The notes under the pieces: generated by a model
What the model saw: the letters and a program-made list of their open reading frames with translations, nothing else
Database searches by the model: none
Told to the model about the DNA's origin: nothing
Translations under genes and position numbers: made by a program
Shown here: positions 1 through 7,563 of the stretch, piece by piece
How the letters are laid out: the number at the start of each line of letters is the position of its first letter
How positions within the stretch are numbered: position 1 is the first letter of the stretch
Virus record (IMG/VR): IMGVR_UViG_3300019762_000006
Location: 1 to 64,000 of that record
Reading direction: 5' to 3' (one strand)
DNA length: 64,000 nucleotides
Origin: a virus

Positions 1-64
1 CTGCCATAATTTGTTGTGTTATCATTTTATTTTCTCCTTAGTTTCGGCCCGAAGGCCTGGTTGA

Positions 65-715
65 TTAGTCTTCTAGAATGAAGTCTGCTCCTTGGTCTAC
101 TAATTCCAGCTTGTTGAATTCACTAAATTGCTTTTGGGCTTTAGATTCAGCTACTGTGAACCATTTATCAATGTTAGCTTGGTTAGCTTTATTTGCATAT
201 GAAATGTCTACATCTAATGCTACACATACTGCTGTAATTGCATTTGTTAGATCGTCTTTATTTCCTTGAATTGCTTCTGTTAATACTCCCTTACTGTAGT
301 ATGCGGGATTACCAATAGCATTTCTAGCTTTAGTTGCTGATAAGTATGAGATACCAGTAACTACTTCAAACTCTGCTTGTCTTTCATCAGTGAACATTGC
401 ACTAGACACATTGATTAGTGATAATACTCTAGCCATTACTGGTCCGAATATATACTCTGCAATTGGGAAGGCATTTACTGAGTACTTTGTACCGTCATTT
501 GCTACAATTGGCTTCATCTTGTTTAATGTGTCCATAAGTCCTGTTAACTTTGCGATCTCTTCAGATTCTTCCTCAGTACTTGCTAAGTATTCTATGTAAT
601 CGTTGTTGTCTAATAACTTTAACTTTGCTTCGTCTTTTGCTTTCTTTCTAGACTCTTTTGCTTTTGCTATTGCTATTTCCATTTTCTGCTCTGCTGTTAA
701 TTCTTCTTTACTCAT
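65..715 (-). CDS. early hypothetical protein (216 aa)
   Basis: ORF with AAAGGA SD in the leftward early cluster; no recognised motif. Confidence 0.75.
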   Translation of the reverse strand: MSKEELTAEQKMEIAIAKAKESRKKAKDEAKLKLLDNNDYIEYLASTEEESEEIAKLTGLMDTLNKMKPIVANDGTKYSVNAFPIAEYIFGPVMARVLSLINVSSAMFTDERQAEFEVVTGISYLSATKARNAIGNPAYYSKGVLTEAIQGNKDDLTNAITAVCVALDVDISYANKANQANIDKWFTVAESKAQKQFSEFNKLELVDQGADFILED

Positions 716-778
716 ATTTTTCCTTTAATTTGTAATTGGTGCTAACACCTTTGAACCCACCGAAGTAGGCTCTAACTA

Positions 779-1108
779 TTAACTGTTTGCACTTGCTTGT
801 GCTATAGTGCTCCTAGGTTCTGATATTGTATAAGGTACTTGAAGATGTCTATGAGCATTCTCCTCTGACATACCCCCAGCAACCAGTTTCTTAATACCTT
901 CTTGTATAACCGTAGCATACTCTATTCTTTGTTCAGCAATCGCTGGTTGTAAACTACCATGAATTAACTCTACTGCACTTCTAGCAGTTGTCATTACATC
1001 TGCTATAGTTTGTGATGCCTCCACTACTGCGTCTAAAGTTGATACAGTAGTTCCCTTAAGGCGTTTACCTAATGCTAAGTCGCCTTTATATTCATTTCTA
1101 ATAATCAT
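779..1108 (-). CDS. early hypothetical protein (109 aa)
   Basis: AAAGGA SD; directly downstream of hairpin promoter 1130-1157. Confidence 0.75.
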   Translation of the reverse strand: MIIRNEYKGDLALGKRLKGTTVSTLDAVVEASQTIADVMTTARSAVELIHGSLQPAIAEQRIEYATVIQEGIKKLVAGGMSEENAHRHLQVPYTISEPRSTIAQASANS

Positions 1109-1129
1109 ATGATTCCTTTATAAAATAAT

Positions 1130-1157
1130 CTAATAAAAATAATACTGCGAAGCAGTA
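1130..1157 (-). promoter_or_regulatory. putative virion-RNAP hairpin promoter
   Basis: + (template) strand CTAATAAAAATAA-TACTGC-GAA-GCAGTA; GNA-triloop DNA hairpin as in N4 early promoters. Confidence 0.8.
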
Positions 1158-1160
1158 CAA

Positions 1161-1367
1161 CTAAATAGTACCAAAGCGATTAACTACTTGGGATGAGCTA
1201 ATTGTGGATACTAAATTCTTAAATTGAACATAATATAAGTTTCCTTCTTTACAGAATTCAACATATAGTATTTTACCTATTCTTCTGCTTTTCCCTATGA
1301 TATAAGCTATATGAGTATAGTCTACCATAGGCATTTGTTTATTTGCTGTTTCTTTTAGTTCATCCAT
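1161..1367 (-). CDS. hypothetical protein (68 aa)
   Basis: ORF track; co-oriented with early genes. Confidence 0.55.
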   Translation of the reverse strand: MDELKETANKQMPMVDYTHIAYIIGKSRRIGKILYVEFCKEGNLYYVQFKNLVSTISSSQVVNRFGTI

Positions 1368-1380
1368 TTTCTTCTTTTTG

Positions 1381-1497
1381 TTAAGGTATAAACTGAATTA
1401 ATCCAAATAGTATTGCTAGTACCGCACCTGTTGTTGGGTGTAATAAATACACTCCTCCAATTACTAATAGTCCACCTAGTAGTTTTTCATATTGCAT
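1381..1497 (-). CDS. small membrane peptide (38 aa, MQYEKLLGGLLVIGGVYLLHPTTGAVLAILFGLIQFIP)
   Basis: Translated by hand; AAGGA SD; hydrophobic; below ORF-track cutoff. Confidence 0.6.
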   Translation of the reverse strand: MQYEKLLGGLLVIGGVYLLHPTTGAVLAILFGLIQFIP

Positions 1498-1507
1498 GTC
1501 TAATCCT

Positions 1508-1717
1508 TTATATATTAATATAGTTTCTCTCTTTAGTTCTAACATGCTCATCACATGCTATACAATTTGATAATATTGGCATTGAGTCTGCCCACTCTAC
1601 TACATCTTTGGTGTCTAACATATTGCCACATTCTTTGCACATTATTGCGTATGGTTTTGAGTAGTCTACTTCTTCTACATTTGCCCATCTTTCATTTGAT
1701 ATCTCTTCATTTGTCAT
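1508..1717 (-). CDS. small zinc-ribbon protein (69 aa)
   Basis: CKEC...CIAC pairs; AAGGAG SD. Confidence 0.7.
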   Translation of the reverse strand: MTNEEISNERWANVEEVDYSKPYAIMCKECGNMLDTKDVVEWADSMPILSNCIACDEHVRTKERNYINI

Positions 1718-1831
1718 ATTGTTTTCTCCTTATGTTTGTGATAGGCACACTTATACTTGGGTGCGAACGGGTTACTTGTTATTTAATACTATGTACTTTA
1801 GATGGAATAAAGTATTGAGATAGTTATAAAT

Positions 1832-1858
1832 CTAATAAAAATATAGCTACGAAGTAGC
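1832..1858 (-). promoter_or_regulatory. putative virion-RNAP hairpin promoter
   Basis: CTAATAAAAATATA-GCTAC-GAA-GTAGC; same C-to-loop spacing (19 nt) as the other copies. Confidence 0.8.
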
Positions 1859-1936
1859 ATTAAGAAAAAATTAAGGTTAGAATATTTGAATGTTGGTGTT
1901 TGTGAGTATGCATTAATGTGGGTTTGCATTGAATTC

Positions 1937-2004
1937 AACCCCAAAAGAGACAAAAGTCTCTATAGAGTTTTTAGGAGGATTAAAATTAATTCTGTAGGAG
2001 AATC
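1937..2004 (-). ncRNA. candidate anti-Shine-Dalgarno small RNA (3' end uncertain)
   Basis: No SD-led ORF behind promoter 2004-2031; two CUCCU modules match the RBSs of genes 2839..3177 and 3241..3519; 3' hairpin has G-U pairs on the minus strand. Confidence 0.55.
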
Positions 2005-2031
2005 TAATATAAATACTAATGCGAAGCATTA
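2004..2031 (-). promoter_or_regulatory. putative virion-RNAP hairpin promoter
   Basis: CTAATATAAATAC-TAATGC-GAA-GCATTA. Confidence 0.8.
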
Positions 2032-2104
2032 AGTAAAGTTTAAGATTACACAAAGTGAGTGTATATTAATTATATATATAGGACATTAACTGTAAAGCCA
2101 TTGT

Positions 2105-2176
2105 TTGCTCGATTTTGCGTTTAAAATATGGCACAGTTTGAGCAATATAATTGAAAATGTTGCTCGAATCGAGCAA
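2105..2176. repeat. TTGCTC(G/A)A operator/iteron-like sites
   Basis: TTGCTCGA at 2105, TTGAGCAA at 2138, palindrome TTGCTCGA-A-TCGAGCAA at 2160-2176. Confidence 0.65.
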
Positions 2177-2190
2177 GATTTTATTTGAAT

Positions 2191-2212
2191 TTAAGCTAAA
2201 ACTAAGTATAAT
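2191..2212 (+). promoter_or_regulatory. host sigma70-type promoter
   Basis: TTAAG-N11-TATAAT upstream of 2249. Confidence 0.6.
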
Positions 2213-2248
2213 TGGATTGAAAAAGATTAATTAGCAAAGGATTAGCTT

Positions 2249-2746
2249 ATGAGTAATAACATTATAAACCAGATTAGCTTAAAAGCAAATGAAGAACTGG
2301 TAAAAAGAACAAAACAAAGACATGCTCGATATTTCCATATGGTTGGAAGAGAGCAATTAGTCAATGTAGCCCCGAAAGGCAATACTAAAAAGGAGTGGAG
2401 AATGGAAGGAATAGACTTTATAGATGCTGTTGTAGCAATGAGTGCCAAAGAACAAAAAGTCGTAAAGCTCATTAAGGACTGTATTAAATGGAGTACTGAA
2501 ATGGGTTCTTTAGATTACATTGTAGAACTGAGTCCGGACTCTGTACATTTTAATCCAGATGTTGATGGTACCATGACTTACAATATGTTTCTAAAAGGCT
2601 ATGGACTGTTGTTTAAAAAAGACTTGGTTAGAAGAATAAGTAAAAGTAGATATATGTTTAACCCTGAATTCTTTGTGATAACAGGAGATGCCCAATTGCA
2701 CTTTGATGTAGTATGGCAACAAGCACCAGCCTATAGTATAGTCTAA
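2249..2746 (+). CDS. RepL-like / winged-helix DNA-binding protein
   Basis: C-terminal LFKKDLVRRISKSRYMFNPEFF resembles the RepL-family Y-x-x-NP motif; AAAGGA SD. Confidence 0.5.
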   Translation: MSNNIINQISLKANEELVKRTKQRHARYFHMVGREQLVNVAPKGNTKKEWRMEGIDFIDAVVAMSAKEQKVVKLIKDCIKWSTEMGSLDYIVELSPDSVHFNPDVDGTMTYNMFLKGYGLLFKKDLVRRISKSRYMFNPEFFVITGDAQLHFDVVWQQAPAYSIV

Positions 2747-2805
2747 CTTACTATCAGAGCTGTGTAACCCGTAATCCTTTCAGGCTTACTATCAGCTGTG
2801 TGTAA
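2747..2805. repeat. imperfect 21-nt direct repeat pair
   Basis: CTTACTATCAGAGCTGTGTAA (2747-2767) and CTTACTATCAGCTGTGTGTAA (2785-2805). Confidence 0.7.
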
Positions 2806-2838
2806 GTGTGTAAAGAGTAGAAATGATAGACTTAAAGT

Positions 2839-3177
2839 CTACCATTCTGCTGTTTCACATTGACTTACATCTAGACTCGGATGTTGTAATTCTACAAACC
2901 ACATATTGCCGTTTGTTTGTAAATTGCTTTTAGTTGGGTCTATAGACACAAACATTCTATTATCCATTATAATTTGCCCTCTGCTCCCTATAATAAATAG
3001 TTCTGCTTTGATAAATTCTCCAGACTGTGACTTTAGGAATGCTTTATCTGCGTATTTAGTACCCTTGTTAAGCATAAGTTTAGCATATACATTACACTCT
3101 CTAATCTTAGACTCATCAATACTAAATCCTCTTTTTACACTTGCCACGCCATTATTAAATTTTATTAATTGTTCCAT
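2839..3177 (-). CDS. early hypothetical protein (112 aa)
   Basis: AGGAG SD; beta-rich; acidic/aromatic C-terminus ETAEW. Confidence 0.75.
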   Translation of the reverse strand: MEQLIKFNNGVASVKRGFSIDESKIRECNVYAKLMLNKGTKYADKAFLKSQSGEFIKAELFIIGSRGQIIMDNRMFVSIDPTKSNLQTNGNMWFVELQHPSLDVSQCETAEW

Positions 3178-3220
3178 TTGTTAATTCTCCTACGAATTTA
3201 ATTTGTTAGTCCTAAGACAC

Positions 3221-3248
3221 CTAATATAAAGTAAGGACTGTTAATCCT
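3221..3248 (-). promoter_or_regulatory. degenerate virion-RNAP hairpin promoter
   Basis: CTAATATAAAGTA-AGGACT-GTTA-ATCCT; loop G at +19, stem has one bulge. Confidence 0.45.
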
Positions 3249-3519
3249 CTAATACTTTCTTCTTCTCTGCTAGTTTAGCTTGTAATACTGCTATTCTATC
3301 CATAGACTCAATCTCTGCTTCCATAGAGTCTGCTTTAGCTTCAATGATAGACACCTTTAATGTTTCTTTTGCAATAGTAGTCATGTCGTTTGCTAAGTCT
3401 ATAATGTTTACTGCCACATTAATACCAGATACTGCACCATATCCAATAGCTCCGATAGATGAACGAATTGGGTTCTTTGTAATATACTCTCTTGATTGTT
3501 TGTCGATTTGGTTTGCCAT
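3241..3519 (-). CDS. early hypothetical protein (92 aa)
   Basis: AGGAGG SD; hydrophobic N-half, coiled-coil C-half. Confidence 0.75.
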   Translation of the reverse strand: MANQIDKQSREYITKNPIRSSIGAIGYGAVSGINVAVNIIDLANDMTTIAKETLKVSIIEAKADSMEAEIESMDRIAVLQAKLAEKKKVLED

Positions 3520-3567
3520 AATAATCCTCCTACAGATAATAACTTGTTAGCCCTTAGGCACAATATA

Positions 3568-3596
3568 CTAATATAAATAATAGAGCGATAGCTCTA
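3568..3596 (-). promoter_or_regulatory. putative virion-RNAP hairpin promoter (4-nt loop)
   Basis: CTAATATAAATAA-TAGAGC-GATA-GCTCTA. Confidence 0.7.
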
Positions 3597-3647
3597 CTAG
3601 TTGTTAAACATTGGATATGAATCCTCGTCGTACTGCTCATCAAACAT
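3597..3647 (-). CDS. 16-aa acidic mini-peptide MFDEQYDEDSYPMFNN
   Basis: AAGGAG SD 5 nt upstream; between two hairpin promoters. Confidence 0.45.
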   Translation of the reverse strand: MFDEQYDEDSYPMFNN

Positions 3648-3670
3648 ACTGACTCCTTGTAATTGATATA

Positions 3671-3698
3671 CTACTATAAAGACTGCCATGCAATGGCA
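3671..3698 (-). promoter_or_regulatory. putative virion-RNAP hairpin promoter (GCA triloop)
   Basis: CTACTATAAAGAC-TGCCAT-GCA-ATGGCA; same 19-nt spacing. Confidence 0.65.
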
Positions 3699-3784
3699 CT
3701 GACTGCTCAACAAAAAGGATGTTAAAGCTTCAGCTATGGGGGGTACGGTTTCAATCGGAAGTGTGTAAGGGTGTATACTGTACT

Positions 3785-3860
3785 CACACCCGAAAATTTA
3801 GGCAATTAAAAGTTTAACCCCTCATGTTTCAGTTCAGTTTAAGATGTAATAGTGTATTAT
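3785..3860 (+). promoter_or_regulatory. promoter module, copy 1
   Basis: CACACCCGAAA...CCCCTCAT...TTAAG-N11-TATTAT; repeated at 4304-4378. Confidence 0.55.
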
Positions 3861-3910
3861 TATAATAACGCAGTCCATGAGATATAAGCCGTATGTAAAA
3901 AAGGATAATC

Positions 3911-4240
3911 ATGAAAGATTATAATCCCGTGTCAATGATGTTAAATATGCCATGCCAGTATATTGTACTAGACTCAGATAAAGACAGTTCCTATACAGAA
4001 GTTCTATTAGGACATTTTGCTTTCTATGACGAAGAAGGTTATGGGTATGTTTGGGTAGCAGGCGGTACTAGTTATACAAGAGCTACTAGCTTTGCAGATG
4101 TTAATACTTTAGAAGAGTATATATCATCACAGTTAAAATACGGAGTTGTCATTAAGTGTAAACACGTGTTTCCAGTATCTACTTGTGTACATGAATACCA
4201 CAAACATCAACAACTTACTGATCTTATTAAGAATTCTTAA
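3911..4240 (+). CDS. hypothetical protein (109 aa)
   Basis: AAGGA SD; own promoter. Confidence 0.7.
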   Translation: MKDYNPVSMMLNMPCQYIVLDSDKDSSYTEVLLGHFAFYDEEGYGYVWVAGGTSYTRATSFADVNTLEEYISSQLKYGVVIKCKHVFPVSTCVHEYHKHQQLTDLIKNS

Positions 4241-4303
4241 TAAGTAAAATTGCAGGCCTGGAGGCAACTTTAGGCCCGCTCAGATTAAAACTATTAAGAC
4301 CTA

Positions 4304-4378
4304 CACACCCGAAATTTTAAATCTAACATAAACATCCCCTCATAATTCAGCTATACTTAAGTTCCCCTCATGTATAAT
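4304..4378 (+). promoter_or_regulatory. promoter module, copy 2
   Basis: CACACCCGAAA...CCCCTCAT...TTAAG-N11-TATAAT. Confidence 0.6.
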
Positions 4379-4400
4379 TATAATAAATAAAGGAGTACAT

Positions 4401-4601
4401 ATGCATTTACAAAAAACACAAATTACAAATGGTAATAGTCAGTTTTTAAGGTTCCATTCTGAGAGTACCCTGGCTGATAATTGTTTAACAAGTAAGACCC
4501 CTAAAATTGATGGTAGAAAAGTGGATATACTACAGATAACACATATTCCAGATGCTAGATATGACCTATACGTAGAATTTGTATACAAGGGTAGTGAATG
4601 A
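4401..4601 (+). CDS. hypothetical protein (66 aa)
   Basis: AAGGAG SD. Confidence 0.7.
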   Translation: MHLQKTQITNGNSQFLRFHSESTLADNCLTSKTPKIDGRKVDILQITHIPDARYDLYVEFVYKGSE

Positions 4602-4930
4602 ATAAAGAAATAGCATTAGTAGGAACCCAATCAACTGAGGCTCAAGAATGGGCAGCTGAATTCATGCGAATATTTGGTAACAGAAAAGAAGACATTAATA
4701 AAGACTTGATGATCACTTGGTTTGCTAACGCTATTGAGGTGGCAAAAGATAGTTTTGGCGAATTTGAAAATGAGTACTTAAATAATTGGGATACTAACTA
4801 CGAGATAGTAAATACATGTGGAGATTGTGAAGACTTTGGTATTCAAGGCTGCAAAACCTCAAGACTTGAGGCTAAGTATAGTACAGCAAGTACACCAGCT
4901 TGTAGTGAGTTTAAGATAAAAGGTAAATAA
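4598..4930 (+). CDS. hypothetical protein with Cys-rich C-terminus
   Basis: ATGA overlap; CGDC..C..C. Confidence 0.7.
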   Translation: MNKEIALVGTQSTEAQEWAAEFMRIFGNRKEDINKDLMITWFANAIEVAKDSFGEFENEYLNNWDTNYEIVNTCGDCEDFGIQGCKTSRLEAKYSTASTPACSEFKIKGK

Positions 4931-5263
4931 ATGAAAGAAGATACATTAGAAATTGCTGGCCAAATAGTAACTATGCGAGATATGTTTGATAGACCTGACT
5001 GGGTAAAGATGCTAAAAGATGCAGAAAATATACTGAACATATTAGAGGATAGAGTTTGTGAATACTACAGAACAAATAGAGAAGATCCTAAGTACTTAAT
5101 AATGTCACGTAGTGATTGGCTTGATATAAGATCTAATACCCTTTTGTATGAAATCCATATGAACCACCGTGGCCGAAGAGCAGATGGTGGACCTACCACT
5201 TTCAGAGGATTGGTAGTAGCAATAGTGGAGGACTTTAATGAGTCCATATTGGAGGTACGGTAA
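4931..5263 (+). CDS. hypothetical protein (110 aa)
   Basis: Abuts both neighbours. Confidence 0.7.
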   Translation: MKEDTLEIAGQIVTMRDMFDRPDWVKMLKDAENILNILEDRVCEYYRTNREDPKYLIMSRSDWLDIRSNTLLYEIHMNHRGRRADGGPTTFRGLVVAIVEDFNESILEVR

Positions 5264-5511
5264 TGAAAGGAAAGCCCATAAAAGTTAACAGTATACAATT
5301 CCCAAGTGCAAGAGCAGCAGCTAGGTACATAGTTGCTGAAGAGGCAAAGCTTGGTAATGTACGTAAAGAAAACACAATAGCAAAAGAGCTAAAACGATGC
5401 TTCCCAAAGAATGGTGGTAATAGTTGGCCAATGTATGGTAAATATGTAGTAATGCTTGGTTCCGCAGAGAGCGAAGCGAACGAGGAGGGAATAGATGAAA
5501 GTAAGAGTTAA
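5263..5511 (+). CDS. small NUMOD1-like HTH DNA-binding protein
   Basis: KPIKVNSIQFPSARAAARYI fits the NUMOD1 pattern; GGAGG SD. Confidence 0.5.
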   Translation: MKGKPIKVNSIQFPSARAAARYIVAEEAKLGNVRKENTIAKELKRCFPKNGGNSWPMYGKYVVMLGSAESEANEEGIDESKS

Positions 5512-5680
5512 ACAAATTGGTGAATTGTACTATCCACAATATAGGTTTCTGTTTGTGTGGAATACCTTCCAAGAGATGGTTGGTATTGACGTGTTAAATA
5601 CAGTAAAGTTTGGTGTCCTTGAAGATGCTATAAAGTATGCTAAAAAAGCAACATATAAAATACACCCAGTTAGTCTGTAA
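5495..5680 (+). CDS. hypothetical protein (61 aa)
   Basis: GGAGG SD; YYPQYRFLFVW. Confidence 0.65.
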   Translation: MKVRVKQIGELYYPQYRFLFVWNTFQEMVGIDVLNTVKFGVLEDAIKYAKKATYKIHPVSL

Positions 5681-5706
5681 TACTAAATTGTACATAAGGA
5701 ATAAAG

Positions 5707-6099
5707 ATGGCTAAAAAGAAGTGGACTCAACCCAAGGTTAAGTACGACGGGTTTGTGTATATAATAAAAATATATACAGACCAAGGAATAGTTAACAAGG
5801 TTGGCACAACAAATAGAACTCCTAAGGCTAGAATGCTAGAGATAGCTGGAGAGTTGTATGAAGTACTTGGGTACATACCAAGAATGCAAATGATCCGACA
5901 AAAACAAACCAAAGACAATTACCAAATTGAGGCTGCTGTGCTAAGAAAGACACAGAAGTATAGATGTGGTTTGGGACTGTGCGAGTGGTCTGGTGAGTCA
6001 GAACTTAGAAAAATGGATGAGCAAGAACTGTTGCAAGTATATGATGTGTGCTTGTCAGAGGGCTTTGCCCCAACAACAAAATTTGAGGTGGAGCTATGA
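5707..6099 (+). CDS. stand-alone GIY-YIG-superfamily (T5orf172-like) protein
   Basis: GFVYIIK...KVGTTNR..KARM...IE...GESE. Confidence 0.6.
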   Translation: MAKKKWTQPKVKYDGFVYIIKIYTDQGIVNKVGTTNRTPKARMLEIAGELYEVLGYIPRMQMIRQKQTKDNYQIEAAVLRKTQKYRCGLGLCEWSGESELRKMDEQELLQVYDVCLSEGFAPTTKFEVEL

Positions 6100-6491
6100 T
6101 AGAATCTGAAGAACTGCTTGGGGATGACTTCTGGACAGAAGAGGAGCTATATAAAATGGCTGTGGATCAAATAGATACACCAAGATATGAAGATAAAAAA
6201 CTAAATATATGTATATACCACTTATACAAAAATGCTATAGATACTGGGCTAGTATTAATAACAACTGTGAAGTCAGTAGTAGATGGACAAAATGCAATAG
6301 ATAAGTTGTGGGCTGATGCTGGTATCCTGTCAATAGCTGGGGAATACAGTGAAGAATCCGAAGTAAGTAAATATAAGTTAGAAGCAATATATACAGTACT
6401 AGAAAAGTATGCTTACAAAGGTAAAATGAAGTTGATTGGTTCAGATAGAGTGTTTAGATACGAAAAATGGATGGATAACTTGGTAAATTAG
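6096..6491 (+). CDS. hypothetical protein (131 aa)
   Basis: ATGA overlap; GGAG SD. Confidence 0.7.
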   Translation: MIESEELLGDDFWTEEELYKMAVDQIDTPRYEDKKLNICIYHLYKNAIDTGLVLITTVKSVVDGQNAIDKLWADAGILSIAGEYSEESEVSKYKLEAIYTVLEKYAYKGKMKLIGSDRVFRYEKWMDNLVN

Positions 6492-6642
6492 CAGTCTAAT
6501 TCAGTTAAAATGAAGTCTTGTGTTGATATACTAAATTAATAAAACAAAAGGGATCTAATATGGATGTAATTAGATTAAAGAAAGTTGTAAGAAGTGCTAT
6601 GGAAAATTTGCTGAAGAACTGTTTACAAAATAAAGGGAAAAT

Positions 6643-6786
6643 ATGATAACAGAATTAACAGACGAACTAATAGATATGGTGAATAGCCGATTAGAAAAAT
6701 TAGGTATTGAATTGACAATAGATCAAACAGAAGACATACGAGACGTATTAGACTACGTTCTCGATAGGTACTCGGAGGCGAATTAG
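6643..6786 (+). CDS. small acidic protein (47 aa, MITELTDELIDMVNSRL...)
   Basis: Translated by hand; stop abuts the 6787 ATG. Confidence 0.5.
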   Translation: MITELTDELIDMVNSRLEKLGIELTIDQTEDIRDVLDYVLDRYSEAN

Positions 6787-7563
6787 ATGAAAAGTATGAA
6801 ACAGGAATTGCGTAATCTACCAGAACCCCAAACAATGGAGGACTTAACAATTGAAGAACAGAATATAACAGTTGAAAAGTTAAAGTACTTCCTTCCAAAA
6901 GGCAGTAAAGTAAATGTAACACAATCAACGGTTGACTGGGTAAATAAAGCAATAAGCGAATCTGGCATACACAAAGGTTTAATGGAAGAAAGACTAATGA
7001 GTTACTTACACTTAATGGGTCCAGGAATTGGGCTTAAACAAGTGCTTAATGGTGTACAGTTTGTAACACTAAGTATGACTCCAGGACTAAATCAGACTAA
7101 AGCATTCCTAATAACATTTCCAGAGAAGGCTCAAGAGCTGTTAGAGCAAAATAGAGATGCCAGTTCGTTTGCTAGTCAATATGCTGCAACAAAGGTGCCA
7201 ACCAAGATAATGGAAGGTATACAGATGGGAACCTCTACTACGTATGCACCGCTAAGGCACCAAATGGTAGAGAAGTTGATACAGCTAACAAACGGTAAGG
7301 CTGCTGATGGACCTGCTAGTGCAACAGTACAACTGAATGCTACAATTGCGTTGATGGACTACATAAAAGTACCAGAAGAATTGACAGTTAACTTAAACCA
7401 TAATGGTGCTGAGGAAGCTAAACAAATACAACAAACACTTGCTGACGAAATTAGTAATATGGCTGCAATAATGGCGCAAAGAAGGCGTAATGGTGAAGAC
7501 ATACGAGATATACAAAAGATTGGTGTCACAGTAGATGCTGAGGTAATTGAAGATGAAAACTGA
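6787..7563 (+). CDS. putative terminase small subunit (N4 gp69-like)
   Basis: Directly upstream of TerL; ASATVQLNATIALMDY helix; N4 gene order. Confidence 0.6.
   Translation: MKSMKQELRNLPEPQTMEDLTIEEQNITVEKLKYFLPKGSKVNVTQSTVDWVNKAISESGIHKGLMEERLMSYLHLMGPGIGLKQVLNGVQFVTLSMTPGLNQTKAFLITFPEKAQELLEQNRDASSFASQYAATKVPTKIMEGIQMGTSTTYAPLRHQMVEKLIQLTNGKAADGPASATVQLNATIALMDYIKVPEELTVNLNHNGAEEAKQIQQTLADEISNMAAIMAQRRRNGEDIRDIQKIGVTVDAEVIEDEN

Noticed and set aside
46-770. CCGAAG hairpins at about 46-57 and 756-769 as extra vRNAP promoters
   Set aside because: They lack the CTAATA.AAA box and read as C(UUCG)G RNA tetraloops on the minus strand, so they are more likely RNA stability or termination hairpins
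2747-2805. Mini CRISPR array
   Set aside because: Only two imperfect 21-nt repeats with a 17-nt spacer, and no cas genes
779-3519. Paralogy between the 109-aa (779..1108) and 92-aa (3241..3519) early proteins
   Set aside because: Only a weak D.MTT.A/K helical resemblance; not supportable without an alignment
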